Origin: Saprospirales bacterium
GTDB lineage: Bacteria; Bacteroidota; Bacteroidia; Chitinophagales; JADIYW01
NCBI GenBank assembly: GCA_016711605.1
Contig: JADJSS010000004.1
Span: 194,320 to 258,319 of the forward strand
DNA: 64,000 nucleotides
Direction: 5' to 3'
The first letter of the stretch is position 1, and the number at the start of each line of letters is the position of its first letter. The position numbers and the translations under genes are program-made. Shown here piece by piece: positions 11,308 to 21,617 of this stretch. Under the pieces are notes generated by a model. It was not told the origin of the DNA and made no database searches. It saw nothing but the letters and a program-made list of their open reading frames with translations.

Positions 11308-11364
11308 TTGCTGAACAAAAAATATACAAACTAAATTCACTAAGTCAGCAATATTAAGAAAGTC

Positions 11365-11733
11365 CTATGGTTTTAATGGTTTAGCCGAATCACCTTCAGA
11401 AGTTGGATTTCCGTCTTTTTTATTAAATGAATTTGCATTATAAATTACTTCAGTGTTGTCTTCCATCGTTGCAATTAGCTGAAAATACAAGTCGTATACG
11501 TTGTTGTTTATCGAATAACTAAATTGGTATCCTTTACTATCAGATTTGTCATCATTTAAAATAATAATATCAGCATCAGGAATTAATTTTCCATTTTGAT
11601 AATTACTATCAGTAGCATACACAGCTACTGAAACAATATTTCCAGCTCCAGCATTTTGCCATAAAATGGTGAGTCGTTTGGTTAGTTCTTCTATAAGTTT
11701 TACAAATCCGATGTGTGTGGTGATAGTTTTCAT
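11365..11733 (-). CDS. hypothetical protein (no signal peptide), co-transcribed with trypsin-like protease
   Basis: 122-aa ORF 31 nt downstream of the protease gene; no recognisable motif. Confidence 0.5.
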   Translation of the reverse strand: MKTITTHIGFVKLIEELTKRLTILWQNAGAGNIVSVAVYATDSNYQNGKLIPDADIIILNDDKSDSKGYQFSYSINNNVYDLYFQLIATMEDNTEVIYNANSFNKKDGNPTSEGDSAKPLKP

Positions 11734-11764
11734 TTGTTTCTATTTTGAGGTTTTAAAATTGCTT

Positions 11765-12676
11765 TTATCTTATAAATAATATTTTTTTGCCATTACTTTT
11801 TGATGATTCAATAACATTTGTTTGTTGTTGTTCTTTGTCTTCTGTTTCAACAAAATCATTTTCACCACTTCCTTTTACGAATCCAATTAATTGATTATTT
11901 TGTTTTAAAAATACAGGTGAGCCGCTGCTGTATTCAAATAAATCAGCGTATGTAGTGAAATGATTTTTATACTTTTTATTAATCACTGCGTTACCTGAAA
12001 TAGTTAAAGACGAACGTAAAGGATAACCAGCAACATAAATTTCCATATCAGGTTTTAATTCACCATTATATGCTTTCGGAATTTCTACGAATGATGGTAA
12101 TTCTTTTTTGATTTTAAAATCGATAAAATCAGCATCTAAGTTATTGTTTGAATAAATAACACTATCTAATTCTATAATTTGATTGGCATGAATTGAAACA
12201 ACTTCTTCGCTTGAATTAGTGTAACCAAACAATACGAAATAATTTTCAATAAATAAATCAACATCCAAACCAGTAGCATTTATTATATGATAAGCAGTGC
12301 TGATAGTTTGATAGTCTTTTGCAAAACAGGTTCCAGCTGCGTGTTTTAGAAATCGTTCGTTATAAAAATAATCACTCGAAATTAAGTTTTTTTGTTTTCC
12401 TATAGAATGTGTTTCAATAATGTAAGTATGTTCGTCTGTTTTTTTTAATTGATCTTTTCTAATAAAAATACCCGCGCTTAGTACATTCTTTTTTTGGTTT
12501 ATATCTACTAAATGACGATGTCTTATCATTGTTGTATAATCATATATTATTCTATAAATAAAATTGTTTGTTTTTTTAAATAATAAAATAATTAGTTGTA
12601 CAACAGCATGAAGCTGATAATTTGCAAACGATATTTTATTTTGAATTGCTAACATAGATAATAAATGTTGTTGCAA
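11765..12676 (-). CDS. cytoplasmic trypsin-like (S1-fold) serine protease
   Basis: Candidate triad in the usual order: TAYHII (His), DADFIDF (Asp), SSGSPVF (Ser); no signal peptide; the first ~49 codons look like translated AT-rich leader, so ATG at 12529 (MIRHRH) is a likely true start. Confidence 0.6.
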   Translation of the reverse strand: MQQHLLSMLAIQNKISFANYQLHAVVQLIILLFKKTNNFIYRIIYDYTTMIRHRHLVDINQKKNVLSAGIFIRKDQLKKTDEHTYIIETHSIGKQKNLISSDYFYNERFLKHAAGTCFAKDYQTISTAYHIINATGLDVDLFIENYFVLFGYTNSSEEVVSIHANQIIELDSVIYSNNNLDADFIDFKIKKELPSFVEIPKAYNGELKPDMEIYVAGYPLRSSLTISGNAVINKKYKNHFTTYADLFEYSSGSPVFLKQNNQLIGFVKGSGENDFVETEDKEQQQTNVIESSKSNGKKILFIR

Positions 12677-12825
12677 TGTTCAATAAAATTGTGCTTAAAT
12701 GAAAATACATTATTTCTAGTTTATTCCTATTTATTTTTCATTTTTATTCTATTTATCGTTTGTAATTCTATGTTTTTCAGATATTTATAGTATTTTTATC
12801 GTTCCTGTTCAAACTAGCTAATTTT

Positions 12826-14199
12826 ATGATTAATTCTAAATTAATTGAGATTTTAAAATCATTTTCTTTAATTGAAATAAAAAATCTATCTGTTTTTATT
12901 TCTAAACATGCAGAGAAAAAAGATACATTGCCACTACGATTATTGATTATTCTAGAAAAACAATATCCAGAATTTATTGAAAAAAATATCTCAAAAGAAA
13001 AAATTTACAACAAGGTTTTTTCTGATAAGAAATTCAACGAAAACAAACTCTCAAAGTTAATGTCTGAATTAACCAAAATAATTGAAGATTATATCGTACA
13101 TATTAAAAGAGAAGAAAATACTGCAGATGAAAAAATGAATTTATTAAAATTTTATTTTGAAAGAAATTTAGATAAATATTTTATTGCAACATCGCGCGAA
13201 GTAAAACAAATTTTAGATGATTTGCCTTTTGGTACCTATCAGAATTTTATGAAATATCAATATGAAGAATTAATTGCAACCTATCATTCAAAGTTAAATA
13301 CACGAGTTGGAGATTACAAAGTTGTGATTAATGAATTAAATGAATTTATTAATGCTGAAAAGTTGAGGTGGGAAAATATTTCATTTCTAGAACCATTTCC
13401 AGTTGAACAAAAACAGCATGACAATCGTGCATTTTATATTATCCATCATTTAATAAATCAACTATTAAAAAAAGATGACGAATCCTATTTTTTTGAAGCG
13501 ATGCTCATTATAGAAAATAATCTGCACAGGTTTGCACAAGAAGAAAGCAGAGATATTTTAAAGTTGTTGTTGTTTTTTTCTATTAAAAAAGTAAATGCAG
13601 GTTTTATTGCATACTACGAACAGCAACTGCGTATTTATCATATTTTTATTAAGCTGAACTTAATTTTAAATCAGTATGGAAAAATTTCTGTTGCTACTTA
13701 TAAAAATTATATCAATGCTTCCTTGAAAACAAAAAAAATAGATGAAGCAGCTCATTTTTTAGAAAATTATAAAATTTATTTAATTGAAGAAACAAAAGAT
13801 GAAGTCTATGGTTTTAATAAAGCATGTATTTATTTTGAAAAGAAAATGTATAGCGAACTAATTGATATTATTCTTAATACAAAGCAAAATGATATTTATT
13901 ACAACTTAGGACAACGACGACTTTTATTAAAAACATATTACGAATTAATGCTGAAAAACAAAAGCTATTATGATATGTTGGAGTCCAGTATACAAACGTT
14001 TAAAAAATTTATTGCTACTAAAAATAATATTCCAGAAACACACATTGCAATGAATAAAGATTTCTTAAAAATGATACATCGATTGGTGGACATTAATTCT
14101 AAAAAAGAAGCACAATTGCTTTATGAAGAACTAAAAAAAATACCGATGCTGGTAGAAAAACAATGGTTTCTACAAAAAATAAATGATTGGATTAGTTAG
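12826..14199 (+). CDS. hypothetical all-alpha (TPR-like) protein
   Basis: 457-aa uninterrupted ORF divergent from the protease operon; helical repeat-like composition; no catalytic motif seen. Confidence 0.5.
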   Translation: MINSKLIEILKSFSLIEIKNLSVFISKHAEKKDTLPLRLLIILEKQYPEFIEKNISKEKIYNKVFSDKKFNENKLSKLMSELTKIIEDYIVHIKREENTADEKMNLLKFYFERNLDKYFIATSREVKQILDDLPFGTYQNFMKYQYEELIATYHSKLNTRVGDYKVVINELNEFINAEKLRWENISFLEPFPVEQKQHDNRAFYIIHHLINQLLKKDDESYFFEAMLIIENNLHRFAQEESRDILKLLLFFSIKKVNAGFIAYYEQQLRIYHIFIKLNLILNQYGKISVATYKNYINASLKTKKIDEAAHFLENYKIYLIEETKDEVYGFNKACIYFEKKMYSELIDIILNTKQNDIYYNLGQRRLLLKTYYELMLKNKSYYDMLESSIQTFKKFIATKNNIPETHIAMNKDFLKMIHRLVDINSKKEAQLLYEELKKIPMLVEKQWFLQKINDWIS

Positions 14200-14947
14200 T
14201 GATTGCTGGCTTTGATGTAATATTATTCAAAAATGCAAATAGAACATAACTTAAAATTACAGTGCTTAATCCTAACCATTTTAAAAAGATTAGTTGTGGT
14301 AGAGCACTTACTATTAAGAGTACTCTGAATTTATTTTGTTTCCAGCTAAATAGATTACCTTTTAAACTAAACATGCTGAATTCTGCTACCATTAAAAATG
14401 CTAAAATAAATGGCAAAATCATAGCTACTATTTTCGCATAAATGGCAAAATCCCAATTTGCTCTGAATTGCCAATCTGTAAAATATTGCATGTAAAATCC
14501 TAACACAAATATTGCACCTGATGGTGTGTTTAAGCCAATAAAATCTACAGTTTGGCGCGTATCAATATTGAATTTTGCTAACCGTAAACATGCAAAAAGT
14601 GTGTATACAAAACCAAGTAATGGTAATAAGTCTCCAGTAAAAAGATTATTTACTTCTGGTGAAAGTGAACCAGTAATTAAATTGACTTTATAATTTATGA
14701 TACTTAACAACATGATACCAGGCAATACACCAAACGTTGTCATATCAGCCAATGAATCTAATTGTCCGCCAAGTTCTGATTTTACATTTAATAAACGAGC
14801 TACAAAACCATCTAAGAAATCAGCAACTAAAGAAATTCCAATAAATATTGGAACTAATTTATATTGATGTTGCAAGCAAGCAACAATTCCACAGCAACCA
14901 CTAAATAAATTTAAAAGTGTCAGTGAATTTGGAATATGTTTTTTCAT
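14192..14947 (-). CDS. pssA: CDP-diacylglycerol--serine O-phosphatidyltransferase (CDP-alcohol phosphatidyltransferase family)
   Basis: D-x2-DG-x2-AR-x8-G-x3-D-x3-D motif (DFLDGFVARLLNVKSELGGQLDSLADM); multi-pass membrane protein. Confidence 0.8.
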   Translation of the reverse strand: MKKHIPNSLTLLNLFSGCCGIVACLQHQYKLVPIFIGISLVADFLDGFVARLLNVKSELGGQLDSLADMTTFGVLPGIMLLSIINYKVNLITGSLSPEVNNLFTGDLLPLLGFVYTLFACLRLAKFNIDTRQTVDFIGLNTPSGAIFVLGFYMQYFTDWQFRANWDFAIYAKIVAMILPFILAFLMVAEFSMFSLKGNLFSWKQNKFRVLLIVSALPQLIFLKWLGLSTVILSYVLFAFLNNITSKPAITN

Positions 14948-15110
14948 AGAAAAAGTTTAGGTAAAAGTAAATTATAACCAAGACATTTTAAAGGAATTTA
15001 ATAAAAATTGTTAATGTGAGAAGCATGGTAACAAGGATTATTAAATTATCTTCTGCTTTCTTCTTTGACAATAAAACCTAAAATGGAAAATATAACAAGT
15101 AAAATTGGCA

Positions 15111-15443
15111 TTAAAAGCATGATAATAGACTAAATGTATAGGAAGTATATCCATGATAATTATACGCTTTTATATTTTTAAATAAGAAAGTCTCATTAAC
15201 GAATATAGTACTGTCTTTAATTGTATTGAAGATTTCATATTGTTCATAATCAATAAGTATTTTTTTGTTTGTAATCTGAAAGTAATACCGATAGTCACTT
15301 GAATTGTGTTTCCGTATTACAAGCTGAGTTTGATTGTCTATTATTTTAGATTCTTGGAATTTCGTTGGAACTATTATATCAACTAAAGAAAAAATACCAA
15401 ATAACAATGAAACTGTAAATAATATTTTTTGAAATAATGACAT
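15111..15443 (-). CDS. hypothetical small membrane-anchored protein
   Basis: 110-aa ORF with a single N-terminal hydrophobic helix. Confidence 0.35.
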   Translation of the reverse strand: MSLFQKILFTVSLLFGIFSLVDIIVPTKFQESKIIDNQTQLVIRKHNSSDYRYYFQITNKKILIDYEQYEIFNTIKDSTIFVNETFLFKNIKAYNYHGYTSYTFSLLSCF

Positions 15444-15623
15444 AATTTAAAAAAGAAACGATAAATATAAAAAAATTGGATGTAGAAAGGATAATATAAA
15501 TGACGAAAATCAAGATTTCTAATTTCTGTACACAGAATTTAAAAATAAGCTTCGTAATTCAACAAAGATAAAATAAATACAGAAAATTTTAGAAGAAACA
15601 ATGTAATTTATAGTGCTATTTTC

Positions 15624-15760
15624 AAACCATCATTAAAGGCAAATGAACTTACGATGGAAATTCATTTGTGCAAAAATTCGGACTGAAGTTGGATTACTGT
15701 AGCATCTTCTAATTCATCAAAATGATCCACATCAACACCAGAAATAGAGATGCAAATGAT
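15624..15760 (-). pseudogene. remnant of the 3' end of a CocE/NonD-family hydrolase gene
   Basis: About 135 bp aligns at roughly three-quarters identity by eye with 17288..17425 (3' end of the hydrolase gene); translation ISISGVDVDHFDELEDAT vs ISIAGADVDHFDEIDDAT, then stops. Confidence 0.7.
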
Positions 15761-15781
15761 TTAATTAATTTGGAATATGTT

Positions 15782-17249
15782 TTACCATAAATAAATAATT
15801 GTAACAAAACTAAACTTTTTATCTTCTTCTGTATATAGTTTATCCAGATAATCTAGTACCAGTTCGTCTAAAGAACCACTGCCAGAAAGTTCGCTCATCA
15901 TTCCGTACATCGCAGCTTTTCTTTTTATTGTCTGGATTTTCGCCACCAGCAAATTTCTTGGTTAAAGATGAAAATTGTTTATCATTCAAGATCTTTTTCA
16001 ATCCTTTCACAGCACCAATTTGCAAGTTGTTTTTTAGTTTATTTACGCTGAATTTTTTAGTAATCGCAATGGCAGATTTTAAATCGTTGATAAACAAATC
16101 ACCTTTGCCAATGTGTATCGCATTTAAAATTATATGCAAGCTCATTGGGTTTTGCTGACGATTAATTGTCCAACCTAAAATAGCCAATTCATCAGCCAAT
16201 TCAAAAACATCTAAACTGTCAGAAGCGATAGCAAATAAAGTAGTTTTCGGCTCTCCTAAAATATACACATCAGGAATTTCTTCTTTGATTACACGTTTGA
16301 TTTTTTGCACTTCTGCATACACTTCTTTGGCTATTCTTGTATAACCATCTAAACCAATAACATTCAATGTTGTCCATGCAGCAGCAATCGGACCACCACC
16401 ACGTGTTCCTAAAAAAGATGGAGAACCATACACACCACCACTCCAATCTGTTTTTACATAAAATTGTGATTTACGTAAATCATTATTTTTATATAAAACA
16501 ACCGATGCACCTTTTGCAGCATATCCATATTTGTGCACATCAGCCGACATCGATGTTACGCCTTTTACGCTAAAATCAAAGTCAGGTAAATCAACGCCAT
16601 TCATTTTTAAAAATGGCAACAAGAAACCACCAACACAAGCATCTACATGCATCAAACAGCCAGTATTATAAGCTATTTCAGCCATTTCTTCAATAGGATC
16701 AATCATGCCTTGCGGATATTGTGGCGCAGAACCAACTATCATAATAGTGTTTGCAGATACTTTGCTTTTTAAGTCAGCAATATCTGTTTTGTATTCATTA
16801 TCTAATTTTATGAGTTGATAATGGATGTCCATATAATCAGCTGCTTTACAAAATGCTGGATGTGCTGATTCTGAAATCAATAATTCTGGTGTTTTAGATT
16901 TTATATTTTTCTTTGCCCAATCTTTTGCTGTTTTAACCGACATGAAAATACTTTCTGTTCCGCCAGAAGTTAAGCTACCACAAGTGTTTTCATCACCATG
17001 TAAAAGATTAGCTGCTATGGAAACAATTTCGTTTTCCATTCTTTTTAAAGATGGAAACGTGCTTGGATTTAAGGCATTGGTAGCAGAAAATTTTGCATAA
17101 GCTTCTTTAATAACACTATAATATTCATCGCCTGGATAATATACATAACCAAAGAATTTTCCATCTTTCCAATTCATGTCATTAATGGTGTATTCATTCC
17201 ATTTTTGGTGAATGGCATCTTTCGATAAACCGTGTTCAGGTAGTTTCAT
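15782..17249 (-). CDS. PLP-dependent enzyme of the sphingosine-1-phosphate lyase / group II decarboxylase family (frameshifted near the 3' end)
   Basis: NALNPSTFPSLKRMENEIV, TSGGTESI, SADVHKYGYA (PLP lysine); the C-terminus continues in another frame (AAMYGMMSELSGSGSLDELVLDYL) after an A-run near 15940. Confidence 0.75.
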
Positions 17250-17286
17250 TTTTATTTTTTAGACAGATGAATTTACGATTAATTTA

Positions 17287-19144
17287 TCAAACAACCATCA
17301 ATGGTAAATGAACAGCAGATGCAAATTCTTTAGTGCAGAAAATTTGCATAGAAGTTGGATTACAAGTTGCATCATCTATTTCGTCAAAATGGTCAACATC
17401 AGCACCAGCAATAGAAATACGAATGCGTTCTCCTTTTTTTATTAAGTGCGATGTTGGAATTAATTCAAAATGTATTTTCTCTACTTTATTTGGAATCCAT
17501 TCTAAAGCATCTTCTTTATTAAAAGTATGATAAGGTGCAAATGTTGGTACTGGCGATTTTTTATTCGATTCTTTTCTATGTAAACCACGAAATTGACCTT
17601 CTGTAATATGCGTTACTTTTCCAAATTTATCTACTGATGAAACATACACAAATAATTGCACATCTTTAGCATTTGAACTTACATAAATCTCTGCGCTTGC
17701 ATGTCCTGTGAGTTCCATGTTTTTTGTTAAGGGCTCTGATGTAAAGTGTAGTAAATCTTTCGTAGGTTTAGTCCAATCTCCATAAGCAATTCGTCTGTTA
17801 TATCTATACTTTACGGTTAAGCTGTTCCAACGTGCGCCACCACTGGTTCCAAATTTTTTATCTATTGCGTAATGCAAACAACCTTCAGTTTTTTCTTTTT
17901 GTTTTTCAGTGATTTTATTATCTGCAGAAAACAAAAACGATTTATTCTTCGAATCATTTGGCATCCAATCATACACATGTCGCCACTGTTCTTTTCCCAT
18001 TGCATAATAAGAAATTGGTGGTTCATCCATGATGCCATTATCAATATCATTTAAATGATAATCGAGAAAACGCAGCATCTCTGTCCAAACAGAAAATGTT
18101 TTTTTATTCGAATGAACGAATGGCGAAATATGTTGAGCTGGACCATGATCCCAAGGTCCGACCAATAATTTTACAGAATTTTTAGTGCTCAGAAATCCTT
18201 TAATTGCAGAGTTTGCTAAAGCGCCATCGTACCAACCACCAATACGATAAATAGGTGTTTTAGACTTTTCAATTTTAACTTTATAATAATGAACCGAAAA
18301 CTCATTAATGCTTCTTCCTAAATCTGGATGAATGTCATTTCTGAATGTAATTTTATACATGCCAGAAAAAATATCGAAATTGCTTTGATGTTGTGCATGT
18401 GCTGTTTGGTACTGTTTTCCTTGTTTGTCTGCTTTTATTGGATTTGGATTTTTAATCACCATATTGGCAACTGCACCAATGTATTTCAAATTATTTTTGT
18501 CAAGTGATAAAGTAGTATCGCGCCAGACTTCAATAAATTTTCCATGACGAACACCACCAGGAAATGCAATATCATTATATAAATCGAAAATGCTGCTTCT
18601 TGGAATGCAAGCTTTTACATTTGGATGTTGATTGACCAATAACATTTCTGCTGTTGTACCTAAGTACGAAATTCCTGTTGAACCAACTTTTTGATTGCTC
18701 CAATTTTGAGTAATAATCCAATCAACAATTTCTCGTCCATCTTCCACTTCTTCAGGACTAAATTCCATATAACGCGTTCCAAACGATGCACCTGTACCGC
18801 GAACATCTATAATTACAACAGCATAACCATAAGAAGTAAAAAACTCAATTTCTTTTTGGTGATTTGTCCAAATAAGGTTTTTGATAATAAGCTAAAAGGA
18901 AATTTAGTTTCAAAGCTTCTCACGTATCTGGTTAAATAAAGAATAGTTGGAATTTTTTTATCTTTTCTAACTTTTTAGGCAAACAAATATCAGCTGCCAA
19001 TTTGATACCATCGCGCATTTCCAAATATTCAGAATGATAGTCGAATCCTTTATAATCTGCAGTTGTATAACCAGCATATTCTCCTAATTCGCTTATTTTT
19101 TCTGGTTAAAAAGTCCTTTTCTTTTTGGCTTCTTTTCTATTCAT
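17287..19144 (-). pseudogene. CocE/NonD family hydrolase (X-Pro dipeptidyl-peptidase-like), N-terminal region disrupted by at least 2 frameshifts
   Basis: Intact ORF 17287..18768. Upstream frames encode MNRKEAKKK..., SELGEYAGYTTADYKGFDYHSEYLEMRDGIKLAADICLPK and EIEFFTSYGYAVVIIDVRGTGAS, separated by a TAG and frame changes. Confidence 0.75.
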
Positions 19145-19319
19145 TTCACATTCATGAATAAAAGTTAAGCATTTTTTATTTTACGACACAATTTTTTTTA
19201 TAAGTGCACTCTAAAATTTTACAGTTGATTTATAAAACGAGTTTCATGAAAAAAATAAATTTTCAAAATTTATGGAATTTGACCATTTCATGTATCTCAA
19301 TAGTAAAAGGAATTAAATT

Positions 19320-20854
19320 ATGTTAGTAAAAACGTTTGGAAGTGCCGTATTTGGCGTAGATGCAACCACCATCACTGTTGAAGTAAATGTTTGCACAGGC
19401 AAAGATTATTTTTTAGTTGGATTACCAGATTCAGCAGTTAAAGAAAGCTGGAGCCGTGTAGAAAGTGCATTACGTATCAATAAATATCAAATGCCGCGCA
19501 TCAAAATTATCATAAATCTTTCACCAGCAGATATTCGCAAAGAAGGTTCTGCATACGATTTGCCAATTGCCATTGGTATTCTGGCTGCGTCCGAACAACT
19601 GTTTACTGAAAAATTAGATAAGTATATAATTATGGGTGAGCTTTCGTTAGATGGAATTTTACAACCCATAAAAGGTGCGTTGCCAATAGCCATCCAGGCA
19701 AAAAAAGAAGGATTTGATGGTTTTATTTTACCAAAACAAAACGCTAGAGAAGCAGCTATAGTTAGTGGTTTAAATGTATATGGTGTTGAAACATTGGATG
19801 AAGTTGTTGATTTTCTTTCTGATAAAATTAATATTGAACCAATCGTTGTAAATACACGTTCTGAATTTTATTCAAATGCAGAAAATGAATTGTTTGATTT
19901 TTCGGATGTGAAAGGACAAGAAAATATAAAACGTGCGTTGGAAATTGCAGCTGCTGGCGGACACAATGTTATTTTAATTGGTCCACCTGGTGCAGGAAAA
20001 ACAATGTTGGCTAAGCGAATGCCAACAATTTTGCCACCACTTTCGTTGCAAGAAGCATTAGAAACTACTAAAATACATTCAGTTGCAGGCAAGCTAAAAA
20101 AAGAAGCATCATTGTTGTATCAGCGACCATTTCGTTCGCCACATCATACTGTTTCTGATGTTGCTTTAGTTGGTGGTGGTGGACATCCGCAACCTGGTGA
20201 AATTTCATTAGCACACAATGGTGTTTTGTTTTTAGATGAATTGCCTGAATTTAAACGAACCGTTTTAGAAGTGATGCGCCAGCCAATGGAAGAACGCAAA
20301 GTCAATATTTCACGAGCACGATATTCTATCGATTATCCAGCAAATTTTATGTTGGTTGCCAGTATGAATCCATGTCCATGTGGTTATTTTAATCATCCTG
20401 AAAAACAATGTGTTTGTGGGCCAGGTGTGGTACAAAAATATTTAGCTAAAATATCTGGTCCATTATTAGACAGAATTGATTTACATGTTGAAGTAACACC
20501 AGTCAATATTTTAGAATTATCATCTAAACGCATTTCAGAAAAAAGTAATGAAATTAGAAAACGTGTTGTTGCTGCACGAACGATTCAAGCTGATAGATTT
20601 AATGAATCAGAAATACATTGCAACGCACAAATGAGTACCAAACAAACGCGCGATACTTGTGCGTTAGATGAAAATTGTCAGCAATTACTAAATACTGCTA
20701 TGAAACGATTAGGTTTATCTGCGCGTGCTTACGAACGAATATTCGAGTAGCAAGAACCATTGCAGATTTAGATAAATCAACAAACATAAAAACTGAACAT
20801 ATTGCTGAAGCTATACAATTCAGAAGTTTAGATCGAGAAAGCTGGAGTGCTTGA
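19320..20854 (+). CDS. comM: YifB/ComM family Mg-chelatase-like AAA+ ATPase (one frameshift near 20745)
   Basis: Lon-like N-domain, Walker [19 protein letters not shown]; C-terminal [33 protein letters not shown] lies in another frame. Confidence 0.9.
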
Positions 20855-20911
20855 GTAAATAATAAAAATTATTATTTAGTTGCATAATTAATTATTTATA
20901 TTTAATTTTGC

Positions 20912-20926
20912 GTGTAAATAATACAC
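20912..20926 (+). promoter_or_regulatory. candidate operator palindrome upstream of the NrtR-like gene
   Basis: GTGTA-N5-TACAC located 19 nt upstream of the ATG at 20945. Confidence 0.25.
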
Positions 20927-20944
20927 ACAAATAATTTATAAAAA

Positions 20945-21617
20945 ATGCAAGTAGCAGTTGATATAGTAATTTTTGGATATGATGGTCAAGATGTAAAAAT
21001 CATGTTGGTGAACGTAAAGGCGAACCATACCATGATAAATATGCTTTGCCTGGTGGTTTGGTTCGTGATACTGAAACTTGCGAATCCTGTGCAAGAAGAA
21101 CTTTGTCAGAAAAACTGGCTATTGATAATTTATACATAGAACAGCTAGGTTCTTTTGATGCTGTAAATCGAGATCCACGTGAACGTATTATTTCTGTTGC
21201 TTATTTTTCTATTATACGACAAGATGCATTGCAAACTATTTTAGGTCGTGGTGTGAGTGATGTCATTTGGGAAAACATGTTTGATATTAAGAAAATCGCA
21301 TTTGACCATAATGAAATTATACATGAAGCTATTAAGCGTGTTCAAGGTAAATTAGCGTATGAACCTATTGCATTTGAGTTACTAAATAAAAATTTGCATT
21401 ATCAGAAGTACAGAAAATTTATGAAACTTTTTATAATCAGGAAATAGATAAACGAAATTTTAGAAAGAAAATATTAGCACTGAATATCTTAAAAATATCA
21501 GGAAATATTGATAGAGCAGGTCGAACACCTTTTATGTATTCAATAAACAAACAGGAATTAAATAAAATTAAAAACCATCAACAATTGATAGAATTAACCA
21601 ACTTATGGAAAAAATAA
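20945..21617 (+). CDS. nrtR: NrtR-like regulator: Nudix domain plus C-terminal winged-helix-like domain (two frameshifts, near 21005 and 21400)
   Basis: Degenerate Nudix box GGLVRDTETCESCARRTLSEKLAI; about 80 aa C-terminal extension (EVQKIYETFYNQEIDKRNFRKKILALNILK); position directly ahead of prs and nadV as in described NrtR regulons. Confidence 0.6.

Noticed and set aside
18691-18939. 82-aa plus-strand ORF
   Set aside because: It covers the frameshifted 5' region of the minus-strand CocE/NonD gene, whose fragments translate into recognisable hydrolase sequence. The plus-strand ORF is a shadow.
20884-20895. Perfect 12-bp palindrome ATAATTAATTAT upstream of the NrtR-like gene as an operator
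   Set aside because: Pure A/T palindromes of this size are expected by chance in such AT-rich intergenic DNA. The GTGTA-N5-TACAC site is listed instead, itself at low confidence.
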